32,000 bases of DNA, from positions 28,948 to 60,947 of the forward strand of contig PCUW01000067.1 in assembly GCA_002787775.1 (NCBI GenBank), in the 5' to 3' direction. The notes beneath the pieces are model-generated. The model ran no database searches, was not told the DNA's origin, and was given only the letters and a program-made list of their open reading frames with translations. Below, piece after piece: positions 24,214 to 32,000 of this stretch (position 1 is the first letter of the stretch; every line of letters starts with the position of its first letter). The translations under genes and the position numbers were made by a program. Origin of the DNA: Bdellovibrionales bacterium CG12_big_fil_rev_8_21_14_0_65_38_15 (GTDB lineage: Bacteria; Bdellovibrionota; Bacteriovoracia; Bacteriovoracales; Bacteriovoracaceae).

Positions 24214-25311
24214 TCAGGTTGAGTCTGATGCGTCAATATCAAAATCAAAACAGATATGTGTTCCTGAAATTTCTACAAGGTTAGGTAACATTTTAACTGG
24301 TAACAACTCTCCATTTTTAAAAATAAACTCTAAACTGAAATTATTCTGTCGAACAGAATACTTCGCATTAAATTTCAAAGCCTTTTCTTTACTGCTTTTA
24401 AATCCTAACCCGTGTCCAGATTTAGTTCCAAATCTTGTGATCCGGCCTTCACTCATTGCCTTTTTTACTAATTCAATATCTGAAAGCTCTAAAAGCTTTG
24501 GATAGAATTTTTTCAGAACAGGTCTCAATGTTGTTGCGATACCGACCCCATTGTCGGAAACGGTTGTTTGAATATGTGGAGGGCTACTTTTTGTTTTTCC
24601 TTTATATCTTTGAAGAGCTGCAAAACCCTTTAGTGAAGATCCACTGTGTTCTTTTATATTGCCAATTAGCTCAGATAATATTGTAAAAGCCGGATCTTCA
24701 TAATTATCGCTTGATAATGAAATAAATGTATCTGTAAGATGTCTAACTAGCTTCTTATTATCTGTCTCTGGATCAACTTCTCCGAACTCTACAAGATTTC
24801 CACTTTTGCCTTTATACGTTTTAGCAGATGATATTTTTGGGCGTTTAGGGAGAACATTTACTTTATCACTCAAATGATCAAAGAAACCGGCTCGATTCCA
24901 ATATGCTTTGGAGCTATTATTACTAGATAGGTCAATTGTAACTTCTTTCTTGCTTAGTACTAATTGATTGCATAGTGCCAAGAATCGAGCAATTGCTTCA
25001 AGCATAAACTTGCAATTTTCAGGAACAACAAACCGAATCTTATCAATTGTGTGGATGTCTTCTATCTCTATAGAAAGAGCCTCTTCAAATAAAAAACAAG
25101 TAACCCAACAATTATCAAATTTAACTACAATTTCTTCTGGCATTAATACCCACTCGAAATTTTCATTTTGATGAAACTCGACATCTTTGTGCTTGTGCAT
25201 AAGTGCGCTGACATCGCTTCGATCGAAACCTAGTTTTCTCGCAATAGCCCTAGCCTTTAAAGGACCTTCATCTTCAAGAAGTTTTTTTATCTGCTTTAGA
25301 GTTTTATCCAT
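24214..25311 (-). CDS. GHKL (histidine-kinase-like) ATPase with an N-terminal winged-helix. No sensor, DHp or phospho-acceptor His domain recognised.
   Basis: N-terminus LKARAIARKLGFDRSDVSALMHK (wHTH). N-box ELIGNIKEH, G1 VSDNGVGI, G2 KSGHGLGF. Confidence 0.7.
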   Translation of the reverse strand: MDKTLKQIKKLLEDEGPLKARAIARKLGFDRSDVSALMHKHKDVEFHQNENFEWVLMPEEIVVKFDNCWVTCFLFEEALSIEIEDIHTIDKIRFVVPENCKFMLEAIARFLALCNQLVLSKKEVTIDLSSNNSSKAYWNRAGFFDHLSDKVNVLPKRPKISSAKTYKGKSGNLVEFGEVDPETDNKKLVRHLTDTFISLSSDNYEDPAFTILSELIGNIKEHSGSSLKGFAALQRYKGKTKSSPPHIQTTVSDNGVGIATTLRPVLKKFYPKLLELSDIELVKKAMSEGRITRFGTKSGHGLGFKSSKEKALKFNAKYSVRQNNFSLEFIFKNGELLPVKMLPNLVEISGTHICFDFDIDASDST

Positions 25312-25345
25312 TAAGTGTCATTTCTCTTCACTACCATTCATTTCA

Positions 25346-28300
25346 TTATTTCCCACTGCCACTTCCCTTAACCAACATATCAAAAACAATTTTAGCGAAG
25401 TTCTTGGCCTTATTTGGATCTGACAGAACCTGCATCATAAGATTTTGATGAGCTTCGCTGCTTCCCATAATGGCGTCGTCGACAGCTTTGGGGAAATCCC
25501 CTAGCATAGCCTGCTCTGGTGAGTTATTGGCAATTTGATCCATGACCTTCGAATTTTCTCTGACTTTATCTCTGATAGTAGTGGCATAATTAACCAGATC
25601 TTTTTCAGTAAGCTCATCAGTAACAAAAAGCTCATTTAAACGCTGAATAATTTGAGAGAGAAACTCTTCTTTGCGATCTTTGGCTTTAGCTGTGCCAAGA
25701 CCCTCTCCTGGAGTTAAGCCAGCACCCTCTTCAGAATTTTTCAACATCAAGTTTTGTTGACGAATTTTTGAAAGTCTATAATGACTGAGAACTATGCCAC
25801 TTAGGTCGACATGATCTTCATCGAGAATTGACTCTCTAAGCATTGGACGCAAGTTTCTAGCAAACAGGCTCAGTTTTTCAAGCTCCTTATCATCGTAATC
25901 TACGATTTGGGACATAAATTCGTAGTATCTGACAAAGGTACCTAAGTCTTTCTTGAAAATTTCTAGAGCATCCTTCGCCTCTTTAGCTTCTTTAAAACTA
26001 TTTTCAGCATTAGCAATTAAAACTTCATCCCCAGACTTCTTAGCTCGCTCAAACAATTCTCTTGTCTCTTTATAAGTATCAAGCGCCAGGTTATACCGTC
26101 CTTTCCAGCGCTCGACTGCAGGCTTACATATATTTGCGATTGCCGCTGCACTTTTACTTTTTTGGAAAAAAGCTTCGACAAATTGCTCTACCTCTCGCCA
26201 TTCATAAATTCTTGAACCATTGAGTTTCTCGAATAGATCATAGATCAGGTTTGGATCAGAGACATCCGTAAGTGACGCTGTCTTGTAGTAAACTTGAAAG
26301 GCGCTCAGGACTTCTTCAGGTTCATTGAAGAAATCTAAGACAAAGGTTCCTGACTCTGCCTTACCGGGATATGTTCGATTTAGGCGCGAAAGAGTCTGCA
26401 CACACTCCAAACCGCCCAATTTTTTATCAACATACATCGCACATAGCTTTGGTTGATCAAACCCAGTTTGAAACTTGTTTGCCACCAACATCACCTGATA
26501 ATCTTCTGAGTCAAAGGCTTTACGCATATCTCGGCCTTTTAAACCTGGGTTCATGTTCGTTTCAGTAAACTTTTCACCAAGTAAGCCATCAACATTGGGA
26601 TCGCTTTCACTAAAAGTCACTTCACCAGAAAATGCTACCATGGCACAAATATGTGAATAGCCTTTATCAACAATATATTTATCAAAAGCCAGCTTATAGC
26701 GAACAGCTTCTTTTCTAGAGCTAGTCACCACCATGGCTTTTGCTTGACCATTCAATAAGCTCATCACATTGTCTTTAAAGTGCTCGACAATAACCATAAC
26801 CTTTTGAGAGATATTATACTCATGTAAGCGCACCCACTGATTAAGCTTCACTTTTGCTTTTTTACTCTCTACTTCTTGATCTGCTGCACCCAGTTTTTGC
26901 GCTAAATTATAGGCAACCTTATAGTTAGTGTAGTTTTTCAACACATCGAGAATGAAACCCTCTTCAATTGCCTGTCGCATACTATAAACATGATAGGCTT
27001 CTGGCTTGTTTTCTAACGAAGTTGGTTCTGCAGGATTTGGTAAGCGGCCAAAAAGTTCGAGTGTTTTTGACTTAGGTGTTGCTGTAAATGCAAAGTAACT
27101 GAGATTTTTTGTCGCTCTTCGAGATTCAACAGCGGCATCCAAAATATCCTCTGCTGAGAGTTCTTCATCCTCATCAATTGATTCAAAACTTAATACTTCT
27201 TTCAATTTACGAGCAGTTGAACCAGTCTGTGATGAGTGTGCCTCATCCGCTATAATGGCATAGTGCCTATCTTTCAAATTTACGCTGTTTTCAATAGCTT
27301 TGATTACAAATGGAAAAGTCTGAATGGTCACAATAATAATCGGCTGTGAAGTCTCTAGCGCTGCTGCCAGTTTTTCAGATTTAGAACCCTCACCCTCTTT
27401 CCTGTTAATTCGGCCGATGATGCCATCAGTGTGCTCTAATTGATAAATAGTGTCTTGCAACTGGTCATCAAGAACTGTTCTGTCTGTGACAATAATCACT
27501 GAGTTAAAAATTTTGTCGCCACTGCCATCATATAATGCCGATAATTGGTGGGCGAGCCACGCAATCGAATTGGACTTCCCCGAGCCTGCACTATGTTGGA
27601 TGAGATACTTTTGACCTGGACCTTCTAAGCGAGCAGCAGAAATAAGCTTCGTCACTACATTCCATTGATGATATCGAGGAAAAATCATGGATTCTTTTTT
27701 ATATTTTCGTCCATCATAGTCTTCTTTTTCAGTAATTTCTAAATGCATAAACCTAGAAAGAATTTTTAAAAGGTTATCGGGCAGTAAAACTTCATTCCAA
27801 AGGTAGTCAGTAGCGTATTGATTAACATCTTCAGGCACTTCATTGCCAGATCCACCGTCTTTAGTACCTTTGTTGAAAGGTAAGAAATAAGTCTCGTCAC
27901 CCTCCAATCTAGTCGCCATATAAACTTCATACTGACTGACTGCAAAGTGAACCAAAGCTCCTCGTTTAAAAGTTAGTAGTGGTTCTGTTTTTTTAGTTTC
28001 CGGGTCTTTTGAAAAACGGGTTGTCTTATACTGCTTAATAGCATTTTCAACTGACTGTTTAAACTCGGACTTAAGTTCAAGTGTCACTACCGGCAGACCA
28101 TTAACAAATAAAACTAAGTCAATTCGCCACTTCTTAGCTCTAACTCCAGTTTCAGCTAGATGCTCATCAGTTGCCCAAGGACTATAAACTAATTCGGGTA
28201 CGACTCGCAGAATGTTTTTTTTATATCTACCAATCGTGCCTGGGTTTAATTCATGATCGGGTTTAAATTGGCAAAGGCTAAATTTTGTTCCACGATCTTT

Positions 28301-28618
28301 AATTCCGTGACGAAGAACACCCAGTGTGCCAAAGGTGCGCATTTCTTTATTGGCAGCATTTGGATCGGCCTTTTCTAATTGTGAAGATACACGCTCTAAA
28401 AACTTTTTATCAGTATCACTAGGGTAGATCTTACTAAACTTCTGCCACTGCTCATCTTGGGTGTTTTTAACAAAAGTTAGAAGATCTTCGGAATATAAGG
28501 CTAGCTTACAATCATACTTTTCTGGATTACCGAGTTGCCAACCATTAGCAAGCATTTGCCCAATTATATCGTTTTGAAATACAAACTCTCTGGACTTATC
28601 TCCCCCGTAGTAATTCAT
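25346..28618 (-). CDS. hsdR: Type I restriction endonuclease subunit R
   Basis: PD-(D/E)xK region RIDLVLFVNGLPVVTLELK. Helicase motif I HSAGSGKS and motif II IADEAHSSQ. 1090 aa. ATGA overlap with hsdS. Confidence 0.95.
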   Translation of the reverse strand: MNYYGGDKSREFVFQNDIIGQMLANGWQLGNPEKYDCKLALYSEDLLTFVKNTQDEQWQKFSKIYPSDTDKKFLERVSSQLEKADPNAANKEMRTFGTLGVLRHGIKDRGTKFSLCQFKPDHELNPGTIGRYKKNILRVVPELVYSPWATDEHLAETGVRAKKWRIDLVLFVNGLPVVTLELKSEFKQSVENAIKQYKTTRFSKDPETKKTEPLLTFKRGALVHFAVSQYEVYMATRLEGDETYFLPFNKGTKDGGSGNEVPEDVNQYATDYLWNEVLLPDNLLKILSRFMHLEITEKEDYDGRKYKKESMIFPRYHQWNVVTKLISAARLEGPGQKYLIQHSAGSGKSNSIAWLAHQLSALYDGSGDKIFNSVIIVTDRTVLDDQLQDTIYQLEHTDGIIGRINRKEGEGSKSEKLAAALETSQPIIIVTIQTFPFVIKAIENSVNLKDRHYAIIADEAHSSQTGSTARKLKEVLSFESIDEDEELSAEDILDAAVESRRATKNLSYFAFTATPKSKTLELFGRLPNPAEPTSLENKPEAYHVYSMRQAIEEGFILDVLKNYTNYKVAYNLAQKLGAADQEVESKKAKVKLNQWVRLHEYNISQKVMVIVEHFKDNVMSLLNGQAKAMVVTSSRKEAVRYKLAFDKYIVDKGYSHICAMVAFSGEVTFSESDPNVDGLLGEKFTETNMNPGLKGRDMRKAFDSEDYQVMLVANKFQTGFDQPKLCAMYVDKKLGGLECVQTLSRLNRTYPGKAESGTFVLDFFNEPEEVLSAFQVYYKTASLTDVSDPNLIYDLFEKLNGSRIYEWREVEQFVEAFFQKSKSAAAIANICKPAVERWKGRYNLALDTYKETRELFERAKKSGDEVLIANAENSFKEAKEAKDALEIFKKDLGTFVRYYEFMSQIVDYDDKELEKLSLFARNLRPMLRESILDEDHVDLSGIVLSHYRLSKIRQQNLMLKNSEEGAGLTPGEGLGTAKAKDRKEEFLSQIIQRLNELFVTDELTEKDLVNYATTIRDKVRENSKVMDQIANNSPEQAMLGDFPKAVDDAIMGSSEAHQNLMMQVLSDPNKAKNFAKIVFDMLVKGSGSGK

Positions 28619-29922
28619 GCTGTGACTTCCTCAGTGGTTCGGGTTATTTTTTGTGCAGTCGTTTGTTTTGGTGGTTGCCAATCGCATACGTCGATTTTTC
28701 CAGTGACGGCGGCGGAGATGAGAGCCTCGCGCCGCTCTTTGAACAATTCGATTAATGACGCAGCCTTGTCTATCAAACTATTAATTTTGGGGATTTCATT
28801 TAGTAAATAGTTCGCAATATTTTTTTGTTCTTCAGTATCTATAACAGGTAGGTCAATCTGAGAAAAATTTGCGAATCGTAATGCCTGACCATCACGAACT
28901 AAATTTGTAGTACTTTGCAGTGCTTGAATATAAGGTCCACTTTTGAACAGATACTTAAAGTAATCTACATAAACTGAACTTGCTGGTACTAATGGAACAT
29001 AGGCTGAACTTACTGCACCTCTGACTGCACTAAACTCAATACCTCCCTGAAAACTTCGCATACTAATGACAAAATCATTTGGCTCAACAAGCTTCAAAAT
29101 ATCGTGTCCAACTTGAACTCTCACTACTTTTTGACCTTCAAGTTCCATGAATTTTTTTTGAGGGATTATTCCATGTTTCTGAGAGGCCGTTAACATTTCT
29201 TCACCAATATTTGCTCTTAGTTTTCTCTCCGCAAATAACCACTTACTATTTATTAGCCCCCAATGCTTCGGCACCTCTCCCAGCCACTCAACACCTGAAT
29301 CTTTCATCGGAGCATCAGGATCTAATCCTTTAGTCACGGCATGGCTGATCACGGCTTGACGTTTTTCTTTTAGTAATTTTATGAGATTTTGTTGCTTTTC
29401 TATTAATTCGTCGATTTTTGCGGTTTCGTAATCAAGAAACTCAATAATTTTCTTCTGAGTTACAGCGTTCGGCAAAGAAAGTTCAAAGTTTAAAAACTGT
29501 GGCAGCCTTAAAGAATCTACGGTAGACTTCGCATTGCCTTCAAGGGCCACTTTATAAAAATTACTAGATAAGTAATAATATACAAATTTTCCTAAAACCA
29601 ATGTGAAATTATTCAGCATATAAACTCGCTGATGGTAGTCGAACTTTCCAATATAATAATGAAAGACCTTGCCAACCCCGACTCCATCGCCCGCAGTTAA
29701 GACAGCTTCGCAATCTTCTCCAACTGAATCAATTCTTTCTACGTTTTGTGAACGAACAAAGAAAGGATATTGACCATCATCTATTGCATTTTCAGTATCC
29801 CTAGAACCTGTTTTTACCTTACAGATAAATTTTAATTTTTTTATTAACCATTGAGTTGGTATCTGTCCCAGCCACTCAACGCCACTGTCCTTATATTCTT
29901 CATAAGCCTTGTATTTTCCCAT
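28615..29922 (-). CDS. hsdS: Type I R-M specificity subunit S (two target-recognition domains)
   Basis: Duplicated GVEWLG(Q/E)(I/V)P..W entry motifs. Two conserved helical spacers (IDELIEKQQNLIKLLKEKRQAVISHAVTKGLD and INSLIDKAASLIELFKERREALISAAVTGKIDV). Confidence 0.9.
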   Translation of the reverse strand: MGKYKAYEEYKDSGVEWLGQIPTQWLIKKLKFICKVKTGSRDTENAIDDGQYPFFVRSQNVERIDSVGEDCEAVLTAGDGVGVGKVFHYYIGKFDYHQRVYMLNNFTLVLGKFVYYYLSSNFYKVALEGNAKSTVDSLRLPQFLNFELSLPNAVTQKKIIEFLDYETAKIDELIEKQQNLIKLLKEKRQAVISHAVTKGLDPDAPMKDSGVEWLGEVPKHWGLINSKWLFAERKLRANIGEEMLTASQKHGIIPQKKFMELEGQKVVRVQVGHDILKLVEPNDFVISMRSFQGGIEFSAVRGAVSSAYVPLVPASSVYVDYFKYLFKSGPYIQALQSTTNLVRDGQALRFANFSQIDLPVIDTEEQKNIANYLLNEIPKINSLIDKAASLIELFKERREALISAAVTGKIDVCDWQPPKQTTAQKITRTTEEVTA

Positions 29923-32000
29923 TACGCATTTAACTCCTGAAGCATTCCCAAGATTTGATTACTAACTTTGAACAAGTCAGCGTCAATTTCGGCTAGGTCA
30001 CGTGGTCGTCTATAAATATAAAAATGACGATTAAATGGAATCTCATAGCCAACGATGCCGATCTCACCGTCACTCTTATCAACTTTACTTGCATCAATCC
30101 AGGCATCTGGTACATGTGGAAGAACCTCATTCTTGAAGTAAGCTTCGTTGATGTCATTAACTTTTCTTGAAGGATCAAGCGCGATGTTTTCAAAATCTCG
30201 AAGCTCTCCATCCGCTTTATATTCAACAATTTCGCCATTCACTTCAAACAGGCCATAAAGCGGCTTAGCTTTACCTTTATGAATCTTCTTAATTACTTTT
30301 TCAGCATCTGGATTCTTCCAGCTAACGGCATTAGTTATTTGTTTTTTCTCTTTTGCTTCAAGTTTTACTTTCGATTTCTTTATCATCTCTTCAAAACGAT
30401 TCATATCATCATGCTGATCTTTGCCAATTACTTTTTGCAGAGCCTTTGCTTGATTAAGAATTTGTCTTTGCTCAAGCCAGATTTTTTTGTCTAAAACATC
30501 TTTAACATGCTTTTCTTTAAGTTCCGTGAAATGAGTTTTAATATACTTACGAATACTATCGACATGTTCTTTAAGGACGCCATAATCCTTATCTGTCCAT
30601 TTTTCTCCATATTCTTTATAAACCCACTTCATAACTTCATTAAGCGGCTTAGGTGCAAACCTTAACTCTTCAATTCTTTCATCACTAAACTGATATGATT
30701 CTCTTAAGGGTCTCTCTATTGTGAGTCTGCGATAACCGAACTCATGAGTTTCGAATATTTTACTAGAAAAAGTTTTTTCGTCTTCTGCTTTTGGATTCGC
30801 TGATTGACGTCCGCGACTGCTTTTTTGATCTTGTGGCTTATCAAGGACTTGAGTTTTGACTTCTTCAAACTCTCCAAAGCATTTTGTAATGATTCTAATA
30901 TCATCATCACTCATCTCATGTCTCTTTGAGCCTAAAGACTTTCGCATCTTGCTATATAGATTCACTCCATTGATCAGTTGAACTTTACCTTTACGCTCCT
31001 TAACTTTTTTATTGGAGAGCACCCAAACATAAGTAGCAATGCCAGTGTTGTAAAACATATCAGTTGGCAAAGCGACAATCGCCTCCAAAAGATCAGCCTC
31101 CAGAATATAACGTCTGATCTCTGACTCCCCTGAGCCTGCACCACCTGTAAACAATGGAGATCCGTTTAGAATAATTCCGATTCGGGCACCGCCTTCTTTG
31201 GCGTCTCTGAGCTTACTAATTAGATGGAGTAAAAATAAAAGAGAACCATCAGAAACACGCGGCAAGCCTGGGCCAAAGCGCCCATTGAATCCTTTAGATT
31301 TATGTTCCTTAATAATCTGTTCATCGATCTTCTTCCAATCAACACCAAATGGTGGATTGGAAAGCATATAATCAAATTTTTCTGAGTAAAGGTGATCCGA
31401 AGATAATGTATTACCGTGTTTAATATTACTAACATCTTGCCCTTTGATCAGCATGTCTGCCTTACAGATCGCGTAACTTTCAGGGTTGAGTTCTTGGCCG
31501 AAGGCTCGCATTACAGCTTTTGGGTTCAGCTCATGCACGTACTCCATACCTGAAGAGAGAAAGCCGCCTGTTCCGGCCGTTGGGTCATAAATAGTTCGGA
31601 TCACTCCTGGCTTTGTCAGAACTTCATCATCTTCCATAAAAACCAAGGAAGTGGTCAGTCGAACAATGTCTCTAGGAGTAAAGTGCTCTCCAGCAGTTTC
31701 ATTTGAACTCTCTGCAAATTTTCGGATAAGCTCCTCAAACACTAAGCCCATTTCGTGGTTAGAGACCATCTTGGGACTCAAGTCCATTTGCTGAACCTTT
31801 TGAACAACTTTATATAGCAAATTGGCATCATCCAGCTGACCAATAAACTCTGCAAAGTTAAAATACTCAAAGATCTCTCTAGCATCTTTTGAGAAGTCTT
31901 GAATATAGGACTCAAGATTGTCCTTAATATCCTTTTCCCCGAGTTTTGAGAGATCCATTTTTGATTTATTGAAAAACGACAAGCCATCTGTAGCACGCAA
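29922..32000 (-). CDS. hsdM: Type I R-M N6-adenine DNA methyltransferase subunit M (large form). The 5' end lies beyond the window.
   Basis: Motif [12 protein letters not shown] and motif IV LSNPPFG. TAATG overlap with hsdS. The ORF is open at the window edge. Confidence 0.95.
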   Translation of the reverse strand: MRATDGLSFFNKSKMDLSKLGEKDIKDNLESYIQDFSKDAREIFEYFNFAEFIGQLDDANLLYKVVQKVQQMDLSPKMVSNHEMGLVFEELIRKFAESSNETAGEHFTPRDIVRLTTSLVFMEDDEVLTKPGVIRTIYDPTAGTGGFLSSGMEYVHELNPKAVMRAFGQELNPESYAICKADMLIKGQDVSNIKHGNTLSSDHLYSEKFDYMLSNPPFGVDWKKIDEQIIKEHKSKGFNGRFGPGLPRVSDGSLLFLLHLISKLRDAKEGGARIGIILNGSPLFTGGAGSGESEIRRYILEADLLEAIVALPTDMFYNTGIATYVWVLSNKKVKERKGKVQLINGVNLYSKMRKSLGSKRHEMSDDDIRIITKCFGEFEEVKTQVLDKPQDQKSSRGRQSANPKAEDEKTFSSKIFETHEFGYRRLTIERPLRESYQFSDERIEELRFAPKPLNEVMKWVYKEYGEKWTDKDYGVLKEHVDSIRKYIKTHFTELKEKHVKDVLDKKIWLEQRQILNQAKALQKVIGKDQHDDMNRFEEMIKKSKVKLEAKEKKQITNAVSWKNPDAEKVIKKIHKGKAKPLYGLFEVNGEIVEYKADGELRDFENIALDPSRKVNDINEAYFKNEVLPHVPDAWIDASKVDKSDGEIGIVGYEIPFNRHFYIYRRPRDLAEIDADLFKVSNQILGMLQELNA

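Noticed and set aside
24209-24505. Plus-strand ORFs antisense to the GHKL ATPase gene (24209-24505, 24456-24686, 24968-25171, 25187-25423)
   Set aside because: These are antisense shadows in AT-rich DNA. The minus-strand frame carries the N-box, G1 and G2 motifs.

Overview
Visibly AT-rich bacterial chromosomal window. The gene style suggests a low-GC Gram-negative organism, possibly a Bdellovibrio-like predator, but this cannot be verified here.

The left ~14 kb holds ordinary core and secretome genes:
- a 5'-partial ABC exporter and a Cys-less glutaredoxin-like protein
- a beta-carbonic anhydrase with a SulP transporter and a divergent TetR regulator
- a secreted C1 cysteine peptidase coupled to a Cys-rich secreted protein
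- a SAM methyltransferase, HPF/RaiA, an alpha/beta hydrolase, a DTW tRNA-modification enzyme, ArfB, and DUF2071 and DUF2256/DUF3253 proteins

From ~14.2 kb to the right edge nearly every gene is on the minus strand, and the block reads as an accessory toxin-antitoxin/defence island. It contains:
- hipB-hipA plus two translationally coupled extra genes, behind three operator palindromes
- a DEDDh-exonuclease/GIY-YIG fusion
- five short cassettes (two ORF6N, two DUF4160 pairs, one four-helix-bundle protein), each ending in a 7-nt-periodic repeat array
- a family of 31-39 nt palindromes showing compensatory base changes
- a tightly coupled DUF2188 / ThsB-like TIR / caspase-like peptidase / second TIR operon, which is the top candidate for a novel or variant defence system
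- a wHTH-GHKL ATPase plus STAS-like(DUF4325)-wHTH pair appended directly to a complete type I R-M operon (hsdM, partial at the window edge; hsdS; hsdR)

No rRNA, tRNA, CRISPR array, transposase or integrase was recognised.
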